From positions 372,001-436,000 of the forward strand of contig OZ025721.1 in NCBI GenBank assembly GCA_964019335.1: a stretch of 64,000 nt of DNA, read 5' to 3'. The translations under genes were made by a program, and so were the position numbers. The stretch comes from Diplonema japonicum. Taxonomy: Eukaryota; Protista; Euglenozoa: Diplonemea. A model generated the notes under the pieces. It ran no database searches and was not told where the DNA came from. It saw only the letters and a program-made list of their open reading frames with translations. Each line of letters opens with the position of its first letter. Position 1 is the first letter of the stretch. This document shows, in pieces, positions 46,261-56,300 of the stretch.

Positions 46261-46365
46261 GCCCTTTATTTTGTTTTTGTTGTTATCTTAACGGCGGGGT
46301 TATCATTTGACCTACTTTTCTTTTAATAGAACAAACCATCTAACACACCTTTTTTTTTTTTTTTT

Positions 46366-46409
46366 TGAACAGTGAGCACCCCCATGCACACTGAAATTTT
46401 ATCGAGTTT
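46366..46409 (+). mobile_element. Minimal 3'-terminal retroposon fragment identical to 13561-13604, embedded in a T tract
   Basis: 44-nt exact match; T runs on both sides. Confidence 0.8.
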
Positions 46410-46779
46410 TTTTTTTTTTAGCTTTGAAAAAAAAAATAGTTTTTACTTTATTGTCTTTTTTTTTTTTTTGCCCCCTTCCCCTTGCCTTTTTTTAATTGGA
46501 TTCTGGTTCGCCTTTTTTTTTTTTTCTCTTCCCCTGCTCTTTCTCATTCTTCTTTTTTTTTTGTTAGAATTTTTATGTGTGCATCTCCGGAAAAAAAAAA
46601 AAAAAAATGGGAACAAAAAAAATGATGGGTTTGCTTAGTTAACACTTTCTCTCCCCCATCGTGTTTTTTTTTTTTTTTTTTTTTTTTTTGTGAGGTCTTT
46701 TTTTTTTTTTCTTTACTTTTTTTTTTTAAAGATTATTCGTACCAACAAAAAGGGGGGAAGGAAAAAAAAAAAAAAAAAA

Positions 46780-48291
46780 ATGGCATCAGAAGCAGAAAAA
46801 GGAACCCCCGTCCTTTCATCGACAAAACCCGGAGTCACCATGGAGGGGAAGGAGGACGAGCTGACTCAGAGGGCGCACGAGGTCTTCCAGAAGGTTGGAA
46901 AGGTCGCCAGGAAAAACAACAACAAAATGACGAAAGACGACATTCTCAAGACCCTAGAGAAGGATCACATCCTGGGCAACGCGCTCCTCAAGAACCTCAA
47001 CGAGGACGAAAACGGAACTATAGGTGTGTTGGAATGGCTCAGCTGGGTAGAAGAAATACAAAGCTCCGGTGGCGATCCCCTCTTCAAACTTCAATGGCTT
47101 GAATCCAGAGTAAGGCCTTTCATCCCATCAACCCCAGAAGGCGCGCTCATCACCAAGGAATCCACCCAATCTGTTAAGAAAGACCCCGTTCCAGCGAAAA
47201 CGGAAAACAGCATCCCGCCATCACCCGGTCAGACTTCTATCAAAAACGCCCCACCAACAAGCAGTGCCCCGCCTCCAGTGAACAAAGTAAGCAACAGTAG
47301 TGATGAGGAAACTGAAACAGATGATGACGAGAGTGAGTCCCCATCAGCAAGCCCAGAGGTTGTAAAGAAAACCAGTGTTCCACCATCACCGGTTCCATCT
47401 GTTGTTAAGGTTGTGAAGAAGAACAGCGCGCCCCCCACGCCCGTCAAGAAGTCGTTGCAACAACCTGTGAAACGAGACAGTACACAGAGTAGCTCCTCAA
47501 AACCACTGCCCGCAAAACGAGTAAGCAGCGCGACTTTAATGCTCAAAACCCCTCCGGAATCGCCAAAAGACAAACAAGAAGAATCAACACCGAAAGGAGT
47601 CCTCTTAGAAGAGCTTGAAAAACTGAGAAATGAAACGGAACGCTTAAAAAAACAAGCTTCGGTTGTACCGTCGTCTGCTCCCGTTGACGTGTCAACTACT
47701 TGCGGAAGCGTGGGTGGTCTTGTTGCTCACAGCCCTGACGAAGAATTTTCCGTTATAGAGGAACTTCTTAGAGGGGTACCTGTTAAACTTGCGGAGGTTG
47801 CCTGGCGGGCGTCAACCCAATCCAACACTGGCCGGATCAAACGGCTGGTTGTGGTTACCGATCGTGCGTTGTACTCATGGACCCCTCGGGGTAAGATGCA
47901 AAGGTGCATTTCGATACGAGATGTTTCTGAGATCTTCACATACCGGTCGTGGGTGGGCATTAAGGTTCCTTCAGAGTTTGATCTGCAGCTGGAGTTTGAT
48001 CCAGAAGCTTCGTTCGAGTCTGTTTTTAAAAGTCTTTCCAACGTCAGGGTTACACCAGTGGGGGGGCTGTCTGAGTTATCTGCGAAGTTAAGTACTGTAC
48101 GGCCGCCTGGGTGGGTGCTGAATCCGTCTGAGATCGTGCCGTTGAACCCTAAGGGGTACCCATCCGACCCCCGGTCGCCTGCGTCTCCCCCCAAACTTGT
48201 CGATGTCGGCAGGCTTCTGTGGATGCCATCGAGCAACACCCCTATGCCGTTGATTCCCGGTCTTGAACGGCTTGAGATGCCTTCTGAATAG
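46780..48291 (+). CDS. Protein with N-terminal EF-hand-like pair, Ser/Pro/Lys-rich linker and PH-like (TH1-type) domain
   Basis: LNEDENGTIGVLEW; GRIKRLVVVTDRALY..MQRCISIRDVSEI. Confidence 0.7.
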   Translation: MASEAEKGTPVLSSTKPGVTMEGKEDELTQRAHEVFQKVGKVARKNNNKMTKDDILKTLEKDHILGNALLKNLNEDENGTIGVLEWLSWVEEIQSSGGDPLFKLQWLESRVRPFIPSTPEGALITKESTQSVKKDPVPAKTENSIPPSPGQTSIKNAPPTSSAPPPVNKVSNSSDEETETDDDESESPSASPEVVKKTSVPPSPVPSVVKVVKKNSAPPTPVKKSLQQPVKRDSTQSSSSKPLPAKRVSSATLMLKTPPESPKDKQEESTPKGVLLEELEKLRNETERLKKQASVVPSSAPVDVSTTCGSVGGLVAHSPDEEFSVIEELLRGVPVKLAEVAWRASTQSNTGRIKRLVVVTDRALYSWTPRGKMQRCISIRDVSEIFTYRSWVGIKVPSEFDLQLEFDPEASFESVFKSLSNVRVTPVGGLSELSAKLSTVRPPGWVLNPSEIVPLNPKGYPSDPRSPASPPKLVDVGRLLWMPSSNTPMPLIPGLERLEMPSE

Positions 48292-48605
48292 GGAAATGTC
48301 TATTTTTTTTTTTAAAGACGCTTGTTCCCAAGATTCGATCACTGGCTGCGCCCTCGAATGAGGACATTTTTTTTTTTTTTTTTTTTTTTTTTTTCCCCAA
48401 ATTTCACGCCTTCATATTCTCAATAAATCGCGGAGGACACAGAAGGATTCCTCGCCGTCCTCAAGGGGGTAAAGATATTGAAAAAAATGTTTGGGAAAAA
48501 AAACCGTGATATAAAAAAAAAAAAAAAAAAAACCGAAACGACGGCATATTTTTTTTCTTCTTTTTTTTAGGCGTCCTGCCACATACCGCAGGTACCCTTA
48601 AATGT

Positions 48606-48636
<31 letters not shown>

Positions 48637-48762
48637 ATTCTCCTGTTGTATTTCTTCCTTGTTTTTTTTTTTTCTGTTGTACTTTTTTTTTTTTTTTTAT
48701 CTCCTTTTTCTTTTTATTAAAAAAAAAAAAAAAAAACAAAAAAAAAAAAAAAAACCATCAGA

Positions 48763-50148
48763 ATGCACGAACTAAAACAAAGGAACAAAACTAAAGAAAA
48801 CATGCACTCCGTGGTCAGCAGCGTGAGCTTGGGCGACCACCCGACGGTTCTGAACAACAAGCTGATCCTTATCGCGACGATAGGACTCTTCAAAACATGT
48901 GTTGGCACAGCGGTCCTGTCCATGCCCAAGGCCATCTCCAACTCAGGCTTGGTAATATTCCCCATCCTCCTCTTCGGGTTTTCTGTCGGTGCGCATTACG
49001 GCTGCTGGCTGGTGGCAAAAACACTGGACATTATTGGAAGAGACGACATGGATCCTGCAAAGGTGGGAGAATTTTCTGGCGGAAAATACGGGAAATGGTT
49101 TGCGCTTACCATGTGCGTACTGGACCCTTGGGGTTCCACAATTGCGTTCTTCAGCACTCTGGCCGACATCATCCGCCCGTTACTGGAAGAACACCACCTC
49201 TTTGGGGAAGGAACGATATGGACCTCGCACGGAACGGTTATACTGGCTCTGGCAGTTGCCGTCTTCCCGTTGATGCTGTCTACAAAGATTTCCGAGATCA
49301 GCTGGGTGAACACACTGGGAGTGATATCACTTCTCGCGTTCACAATTGGGGTCTTGGTGAATACAATTCAGCACAATATAGGTCTATCAGGCGCTCCGCT
49401 TGGTTCCGCAGACACAAATGCGGTGGTGGCGTTGACAGTGATTGCATTTGCGTACGATGGTGGACAGTTAAACGTGTTTCCTTATTACAGGGATTTGCCG
49501 TCGCCGGCGAGTGGGTTCAAGGGTGACAAGTTGGCTTTGATCTCCGGGCTTGCAAATTATGCAGGAGCGTGTTGTTATTTCTTGGTCGCGATCTTGGCGT
49601 ACTCGACATATAGAGACGATACAAAGGACGATGTGTTGAATAATTTTGGAAACTCGTCTTTTATTTACGTGACGATCAAGATAACGTTTGCGATTTCGCT
49701 GCTTCTCACCATTCCGTTGACGCTGTTCGAGTGCACAGCAGTTTTAAGAGAACACGTTTTCAGCGAAAACAAGTGGACGAATATCGCTTTAAACCTTGCT
49801 CTTATAGGAACTGCTGCTATTATCGCTTCATTTGTCCCTAGCATGTACAGTGCTTTCGCTTATGTTGGGGCAACTACCGCGACGGCATGGACAATGATTT
49901 TACCTCCTTTGTGGTTTATTTTCACGGTTAAGGAGGCGTATCGGGAGGGAGGCATCAATGATGGGAACGAGGAAGAGGACGAGCTCACGGAAGGTGGTGA
50001 GAGCAACATCCAGGAGGAAACCCCGCTTTTTGTGAAGAATCCTTCGCTGCCCCCCAAGCCGTCCAAAATCCAATTGGGCTGCGCGTGGGTCTTCATGATC
50101 ACAGGGTGCTGTGCAGTGCCGTTCTTTATTTACTCCACCGCGATATGA
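48763..50148 (+). CDS. Amino-acid transporter (AAAP/SLC38 family)
   Basis: LFKTCVGTAVLSMPKAISNSG signature, about 11 TM segments, DDVLNNF. Confidence 0.9.
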   Translation: MHELKQRNKTKENMHSVVSSVSLGDHPTVLNNKLILIATIGLFKTCVGTAVLSMPKAISNSGLVIFPILLFGFSVGAHYGCWLVAKTLDIIGRDDMDPAKVGEFSGGKYGKWFALTMCVLDPWGSTIAFFSTLADIIRPLLEEHHLFGEGTIWTSHGTVILALAVAVFPLMLSTKISEISWVNTLGVISLLAFTIGVLVNTIQHNIGLSGAPLGSADTNAVVALTVIAFAYDGGQLNVFPYYRDLPSPASGFKGDKLALISGLANYAGACCYFLVAILAYSTYRDDTKDDVLNNFGNSSFIYVTIKITFAISLLLTIPLTLFECTAVLREHVFSENKWTNIALNLALIGTAAIIASFVPSMYSAFAYVGATTATAWTMILPPLWFIFTVKEAYREGGINDGNEEEDELTEGGESNIQEETPLFVKNPSLPPKPSKIQLGCAWVFMITGCCAVPFFIYSTAI

Positions 50149-52236
50149 GGATATGAGGAGTTTAAAAAAAAAAAAAAAAAAAAGATTTTTATGTGGGCAG
50201 CTCAAATTTTTTTTTTTCAAGGTTTTAAAATTGGTGGTTTTGAGAAGAGGAATAAGAAAGAAAGAAAAAAAGAAAAAAAAATTTGGAGATGGTGATGGTG
50301 AAAGTGGGGAGAAACCCGGCATTGGAAAAAAGGTGAAGAACGTTCTGATTTAATTATATAAAAAAAATTATAAAAAAAAAAAGAAAACGAAGCGATGACG
50401 TGTGTAAGATATAAAAGAGTGGGGACCCGCGGTGATTTGTGAGCATGTGTTAAAGAAAGAAGAGAGAAAAAAAAAGGAGGGGGGAGGAGAGGAGAAGAGA
50501 GGAGGTTTGTTGTGGTGTGTGTTATGTTTTTTTTTTCTTTTTTTCCCCCCCTGCTTGCCCCCTTTTCTCCTTTTCTCCGTTCCCTCCCCCCCTTTTTTTT
50601 AATCTTTTTTTTTAAAAAATAATAATAATAATATTTAACCATTGTTTCTGTAGCCTGTCTTACCTTTTTTTTTGCCCCCCTCCCCCTGTTCCCTCCCCTT
50701 AATTCTTCTTCTTCTTCTTCTTCTTCTTCTTCTTCTCCCCTAATTTTAGAAATGGTGTATGCACCCTTATTGTGGCATGTATTCATTTTACGCACCTTAT
50801 ACCCCCTCCCCTCCTCATTCTTTCTTAGCACCAAACTCCTTTTCAAAAAAAAAAAGGAGGAAAGGGTAGCAAAAAAAAAATTTTTTTTGAAAGGTGCATT
50901 TTATTTTATTTTATTTTTAATTGAACCAAGAAGAAGAAGAAGAAAAAAAAAAAAAAAAAGGAGGAAGCGCAAACCCGATTTTAAAAAAAAAAAAAGTCAT
51001 TAGAATATAAAAAACGTAACAAAAGGAAAAAAAAGGGGGGGGCACAACAAGAGTTACTACATCAGTACTTAAAACTTGTTTCTTTTTTTCTTTCTTATTT
51101 TTATCTCAATTTTTTTTTCGATACCTGCAAAAAAGCTCACTTGTTTTATTTGAATAAGCCAGTCACCCGGCTAGGCGATCCGAAAAGAAAAAAGAAAATT
51201 GAAGAAGAGGAGGAAAAAGAAGAGTGTTTTCTTCAACAAGAAAGAAGAAAAAAAAATACCCCCCCTTCCCGCCCCCTTTTTTTATTGAATAATTTTTATT
51301 CCGAAAAAGTAAAAAAGAACAAATAAATAAACAAGGTTTTTGCAGCTTTTTTTTTTTTTCCCTCTTTTCCATTCATCTTCTTCTTTCCGTAGTCCGTGAG
51401 TACAGCGGTGTCGGGGGGCGGAGGAGGGGGCGAAAGTATGGGCTTCTTGTTACGATGATGCCCTACCATATTGTCTTTCTCTGTTTCTCCCTCCCCCCCC
51501 CCCCCCCTCCCTTCCCTTCCCCCTTTTTTTATTTCATTTGCCCTTCCGTTCTGTTCCTTTTCTCCCCTCTTTCCCCCCTCTTTTCCTCTCGAGTGTGCCT
51601 TTAAGGAGTATAGAAGGGAGGAACATTCCCCACTATAGCTTTACATGTATTTTGTAAGATAAAAAGTTATTCAGGGGGAAAAATTGGAGGGGGGGGTAAA
51701 AAGAAGAAACAAAGAAATCGGACCATCGGGAGCCAGAAATGAAGAAGAAACCCCCCCCCCCCCCCCTGTTCTATCTCTACATCATTTTCTTTTTTTTTTT
51801 ATGAAAAAAAAAGTTTCTCATGTTTAACCTTCCTGAGTGCACTGTTGTTCGTTTCTTGTTGAAACGCTGTTTCTTTTTTTTTTTTTTTTTTTTTTTCCCC
51901 TGCAGTATGCTCATCCGGCGTACTGGCAACAGGGGGGCGTATGGAGCATTGGTGAGCAAGATACCCCGGTGTAGCAAAACCTTGGGTTGAATTGGGCAGC
52001 AGGTCGGACCTTCCCAAGCTGGGGATGGCAATACTTAGAATGCAAGAAGGCGACCACTACGATCCATTAGCGACCACGTCGTTGGCTTTGATAGGAGCGC
52101 CCTGTGGGCTGACGGCAACCAAGAAGAATTTCCGGAAAGAAAGGATTGGAAGATATAAACGTCAGCTATGCACTACGGTCGGTAGCAGGGAACGACCCCA
52201 AAAGGAGGTAGCCACTTCGTTTCCTAGCAATCATGG

Positions 52237-52272
<36 letters not shown>

Positions 52273-52282
<10 letters not shown>

Positions 52283-53279
52283 CTCGAGCCGGGTTTTCAA
52301 GGGTGAAAGTGAAAAAAAGATTTTACATTATGTCACTCCCAGCTTTATTTTCACTCCTGGGCCTAATTTCACCTATTTCACCTATTTTTACAATGGGAAG
52401 GAAGCCGAGGCAATGGGCAAAAAGGCGAAGGATACAAAGGCAGAGGCGTCGAAGTTTATGAACGCCAGCTTGCCATGAAAAGCACTAGCACTTACGAAGC
52501 AGAGTGGCACCGCTTTTACTCTTTTCACAACTTCAGAACAACAAGATCGAAAAGCCCGACGGAAGACGAGTTGGTACTGTAAAGCTCGTCAAAGCTGGGT
52601 ATAGGGGCGAAAGACCCATCGAACCATCTAGTAGCTGGTTCACTCCGAAGTTTCCCTCAGGATAGCTGGAACCAAAAAAGGAGTTACGCCAGGTAAAGCG
52701 AATGATTGGAGGCATTGGGGATAATATTCGATAATATTAATATTTCCAAGACATGAAGGACATTTTGGGCTAGTTACAGCAAGATCAACGCCATCATCCA
52801 ACGAAACTTCGGTAAAAAAAAATGCAGAGCTTTCCCAGGGTTGAACTTCTTTTGAAGCGCTTTGAAGAAGGCCATGAGGTGAAAAAAGCTTCGGTTTAGT
52901 CAAGAACAAATGAAAGAGTATCTGGCAATGAAATTCAGCGACCCCTACAACATAGTGTGTCAGGCATATGCAGCTTGCATGTTTGCTAGCGGGATGAGGA
53001 TAAAAAGAGTCGCACAAACTGAAATTATTTAGCGACGACACTCTGTAACCCAAATCCCACTTTTCACCTGTTGCAACCCTGCAACCTCCCACCCTTTCAA
53101 ACCCGGCTCTTGTTAAATAAAACAACGTATTAGTGAAAATAAGAGCATTATTCCACTTGTGGTGGCAGGTTTAACTCGTAGCTTTTTACTTCACTCGCTG
53201 CGCTCGTGAACTAAGATCCCTACTCGTTAAACCCCCTGCCACCACGCGTGAAATAATGCTACCTTATTTTCACTTAATA
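52273..53279 (+). mobile_element. Decayed Crypton-type tyrosine-recombinase DNA transposon
   Basis: Frameshifted remnant SLP-KSTSTYEAEWHRF..TEDELVLY|FQDM..WASYSKINAII..LLLKRFEEGHEVKKASV..YL..ACMFASGMRI-KESHKLK (YR box I). 33-bp inverted repeats at 52273-52305 and 53090-53122, plus a terminal ~150-bp hairpin with a TCACTCGCTGCGCTCGTGA core. Confidence 0.75.
52584..52721 (+). pseudogene. 28S (LSU) rRNA fragment, non-functional copy
   Basis: CTGGGTATAGGGGCGAAAGAC..ATCGAACCATCTAGTAGCTGGTTC..CCGAAGTTTCCCTCAGGATAGCTGG..AGGTAAAGCGAATGATT are conserved eukaryotic LSU core sequences, including the LR5 primer site. Confidence 0.93.
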
Positions 53280-53369
53280 AATAGCTATTTTTTTTTTTTT
53301 TTTTCCTCTTGTTCCTTTTCCCAAAAAAAAAAAAAAGTCTTCAAAAAAAAAAAAAAAAAAAAAAAAAAA

Positions 53370-56300
53370 ATGCCCGAAGACGTACCGCAACCCCCAAGCG
53401 ACGATTCTCTTGTGAAAGGGGATTTTGAAAAGAGAAAGGGTGAGTCACACCGACCCATACACGCCCTCGGCTACCGGAAACCACGGCCGGGGACTTACAA
53501 ATGCATCGAGCACACCAGCGACGACTCCATCGTCTACCTAGTGGGGAAACAGGTCGCAATATACTCCTACGAAACCCATGTACACCGCTTCATGCCGTGC
53601 TCACCAAAAACAGTGGAATTAGTAGCCTTCGCCGTCTCGTACAACAAAAGGTACCTCGCGCTGTCAGAAAGGGTCATCGACGAGAAGACAAAGGAGCTCG
53701 GCATACAAATAAACGTATTCAATTTTGGAACGGTATCGAGGATCCGCACGCTGTCCCTGTCGTACCTGTCAAAACAACCTGTTGAGGCGCTGGATTTCTC
53801 AAGGGACAATAAATACCTAGCAACGGTAACCGCTCAGCCCGGATCTTTCATATACTTATGGCAGCTTGACAAAGCAAGACTGCTCGGAATGTGCGAGGCC
53901 CATGTAAAAATCAGCCAAGTCAGTATATCACCATGGGCTCATTGGACAATCTGCACCACAGGCCCGTCTTCCTTACGACTCTGGCGGTACCAAGACAAAC
54001 AGCTTAGAAGTATGGAACCGATCCCGAAGAAGAATGAATGGAACTTCACGTGTCATGTGTGGTTCGACGATGACCGACTTGCCGTGGGAACTATACAGGG
54101 AGATGTGTTGATAATCGACAATTGCGAGTTAAAACGGGTCATCCCGAGCGTACTCGCTCAGGCTGATTCAGCCGTCCCACTCAATGCAATGTACAGTATA
54201 GGACGTGGTCTAGTCTGTGGTGGTGATGGTGGGCATTTTGCTCTGTACGAACGGACGTACGACGTCGAGTATTTTCAAAGCTACAAGAGGTTTGTAACAC
54301 CGCATGCTCAGACCATTGTCGATATCAGTGTGGCGCCGAATGAAGAAACGCTGATATGCTGTCATTCTGACAACGAGCTGTCGAATTTCAGCCTTTCCAA
54401 CATCGATATCGTCGATCACGAGAAGCAAGATGATATTGCGCAGGCTTTTAAAATCCTCCCGGCGGGGTTCCACCACGGGACCGTGACTGCCATCGACGTA
54501 TGCGTTCAGAAATCTATTATCGTAACCGCATCTGTCGACCGGCACGTCCGGATCTGGAATTTCGCGAAGAAACGTCTCGAGGTTCGAAAACAGTACCCAG
54601 AAGAAGCGCTTTGCATATCATGCCATCCAACTGGCACAAGGCTTCTTATTGGTTTTAAGTACAAAATGTGTATGTACTCGATTCTCTTTGACAATCTCCA
54701 CATGTGTCAAGAGTTCCCCATCAAACAGTGCAGGGAGGTGCGTTTTTCACACGGCGGGCAGTACTTCGCGGCGGTGGTCGTCAACCGGATCTTCATTTTC
54801 AGCGCGTACACCTTCGATCCCATAGGACACCTCACAGGCCACTCCGGAATGGTGAAATCCTTTTGTTGGAGCAAAAACGACCAGTCCATCATATCAGCAG
54901 GGTTCGAAGGTGCCATCTACGAATGGAGAATTGAACAATGCAAGCGAAACGAGTTCTGCGAGTACGCTAGCAAAGCCATATCCTTCTCCGCAGTAGCATA
55001 TGACGATCAAGCACAGTTAGTCGTCGCTGTCGGGTCGCACAAAATCGCGGAGGGTGGTATCCCTGAAGGGGAAACCTCCCTGCGTGTTTTAAAACTCGGG
55101 GAAGCGCAGGACCAAGCACCTCCTAAAGCCACCGCCAACCTCGGTCGTGTCACGGCGAAACATACACACAACAGAGCACAGACAGGCGAGGTTGCGATAT
55201 CCCCTTCCGCGCAATGTTTATTCGTGGGTACATCTTCCGGTGAACTTCAGGTTTTTTCCTGGCCGATGAAGCCAGGTGTAGGGTCTCCCCAGTACACGAT
55301 CGACCTCCACACTGGTGAGGTTTTGTTCGTGCAGCTCAGTGTCGACGAACGTTTTCTCTTCACAGTCGGCGACGATGGGTGTCTTTTCATGTTCGATGTG
55401 GACCTTCTCCTCGAGGGCAAGGTGCCTCCCAGACGGACGTTCAACTATTCCATTTTCGACGACATAGCGTTGGTCATGCTTCAGGACATCGACGAGAAGT
55501 CCCGCGAGGTGTCCGTCTTGCAGGCGACGCTCCTTGACGAGCAGCGTTCGAGAAAGCAAGAAATCGAAACCGAAATGCACAAACACACGGAACTCATCAA
55601 AAAGATCCGGAAGGAGTCAGAACGGGCAGTCGCAGATATCAGGAGACAAAAGGACGAAGCGCTTGAAATCCTGGACGAGACCCAGATAAAAATGGCCGGC
55701 GAAGCCCACGCCGTAGAACAACAGAGGATGCGGGATATACAAGAAGTCGAAACTTTGCATGCAAGACAGGACAAGGAACAAACCGCAAAATACGACATGC
55801 TTCTGGAAGAGAAGAACGACGCCATTGTGCGCTACGAGAATAAGCTCCACAAACTGCATCGCGAGCAGGAGCTCGAGCGGGCAAAACACACGCAAGAGGT
55901 TCAAGCGTTGCAAGGGAAGCTTGAAAAGGACCGCGAGACCTTCTTACGTCTCACCGCCGAAAAGGTGAAAGAGGCCGCCGCGATCCTCCAAGACACTGAA
56001 CAAGAACACGAAGAAGAGATTTCCATCAAGGAGAAAGACATCGCTCTCACCATCGAAGCCCGGGAGAAGGAAAAATCCAAATGGCAAGCCGACGTCGACG
56101 GCCTGCGAAAGCGGCAGAATAAACACGACAGCCACATCAAAGAACTCGAAAGAGAAGCACAAGAGCGCAAGGAAAAACTAAGGAAGAAAGACACTAAAAT
56201 CGCGGAGCTCGAAAAAGCGATCCAAGCATTGCGTTTGGAGATCAACGTGCGCAACGACACGATTTCAGCATCGGAGAAAAAAATCCTGGAGCTCAAAAAA

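Noticed and set aside
52584-52721. Functional rRNA locus or natural LSU fragment gene
   Set aside because: Only about 138 nt, no neighbouring rDNA, and it interrupts a transposon codon.
53256-53369. Upstream extensions of ORF-track starts (CFAP57, also 6554, 8242, 25123, 28782, 39984, 46690)
   Set aside because: They run through homopolymer spacers. The ATG after the A run is the plausible start.
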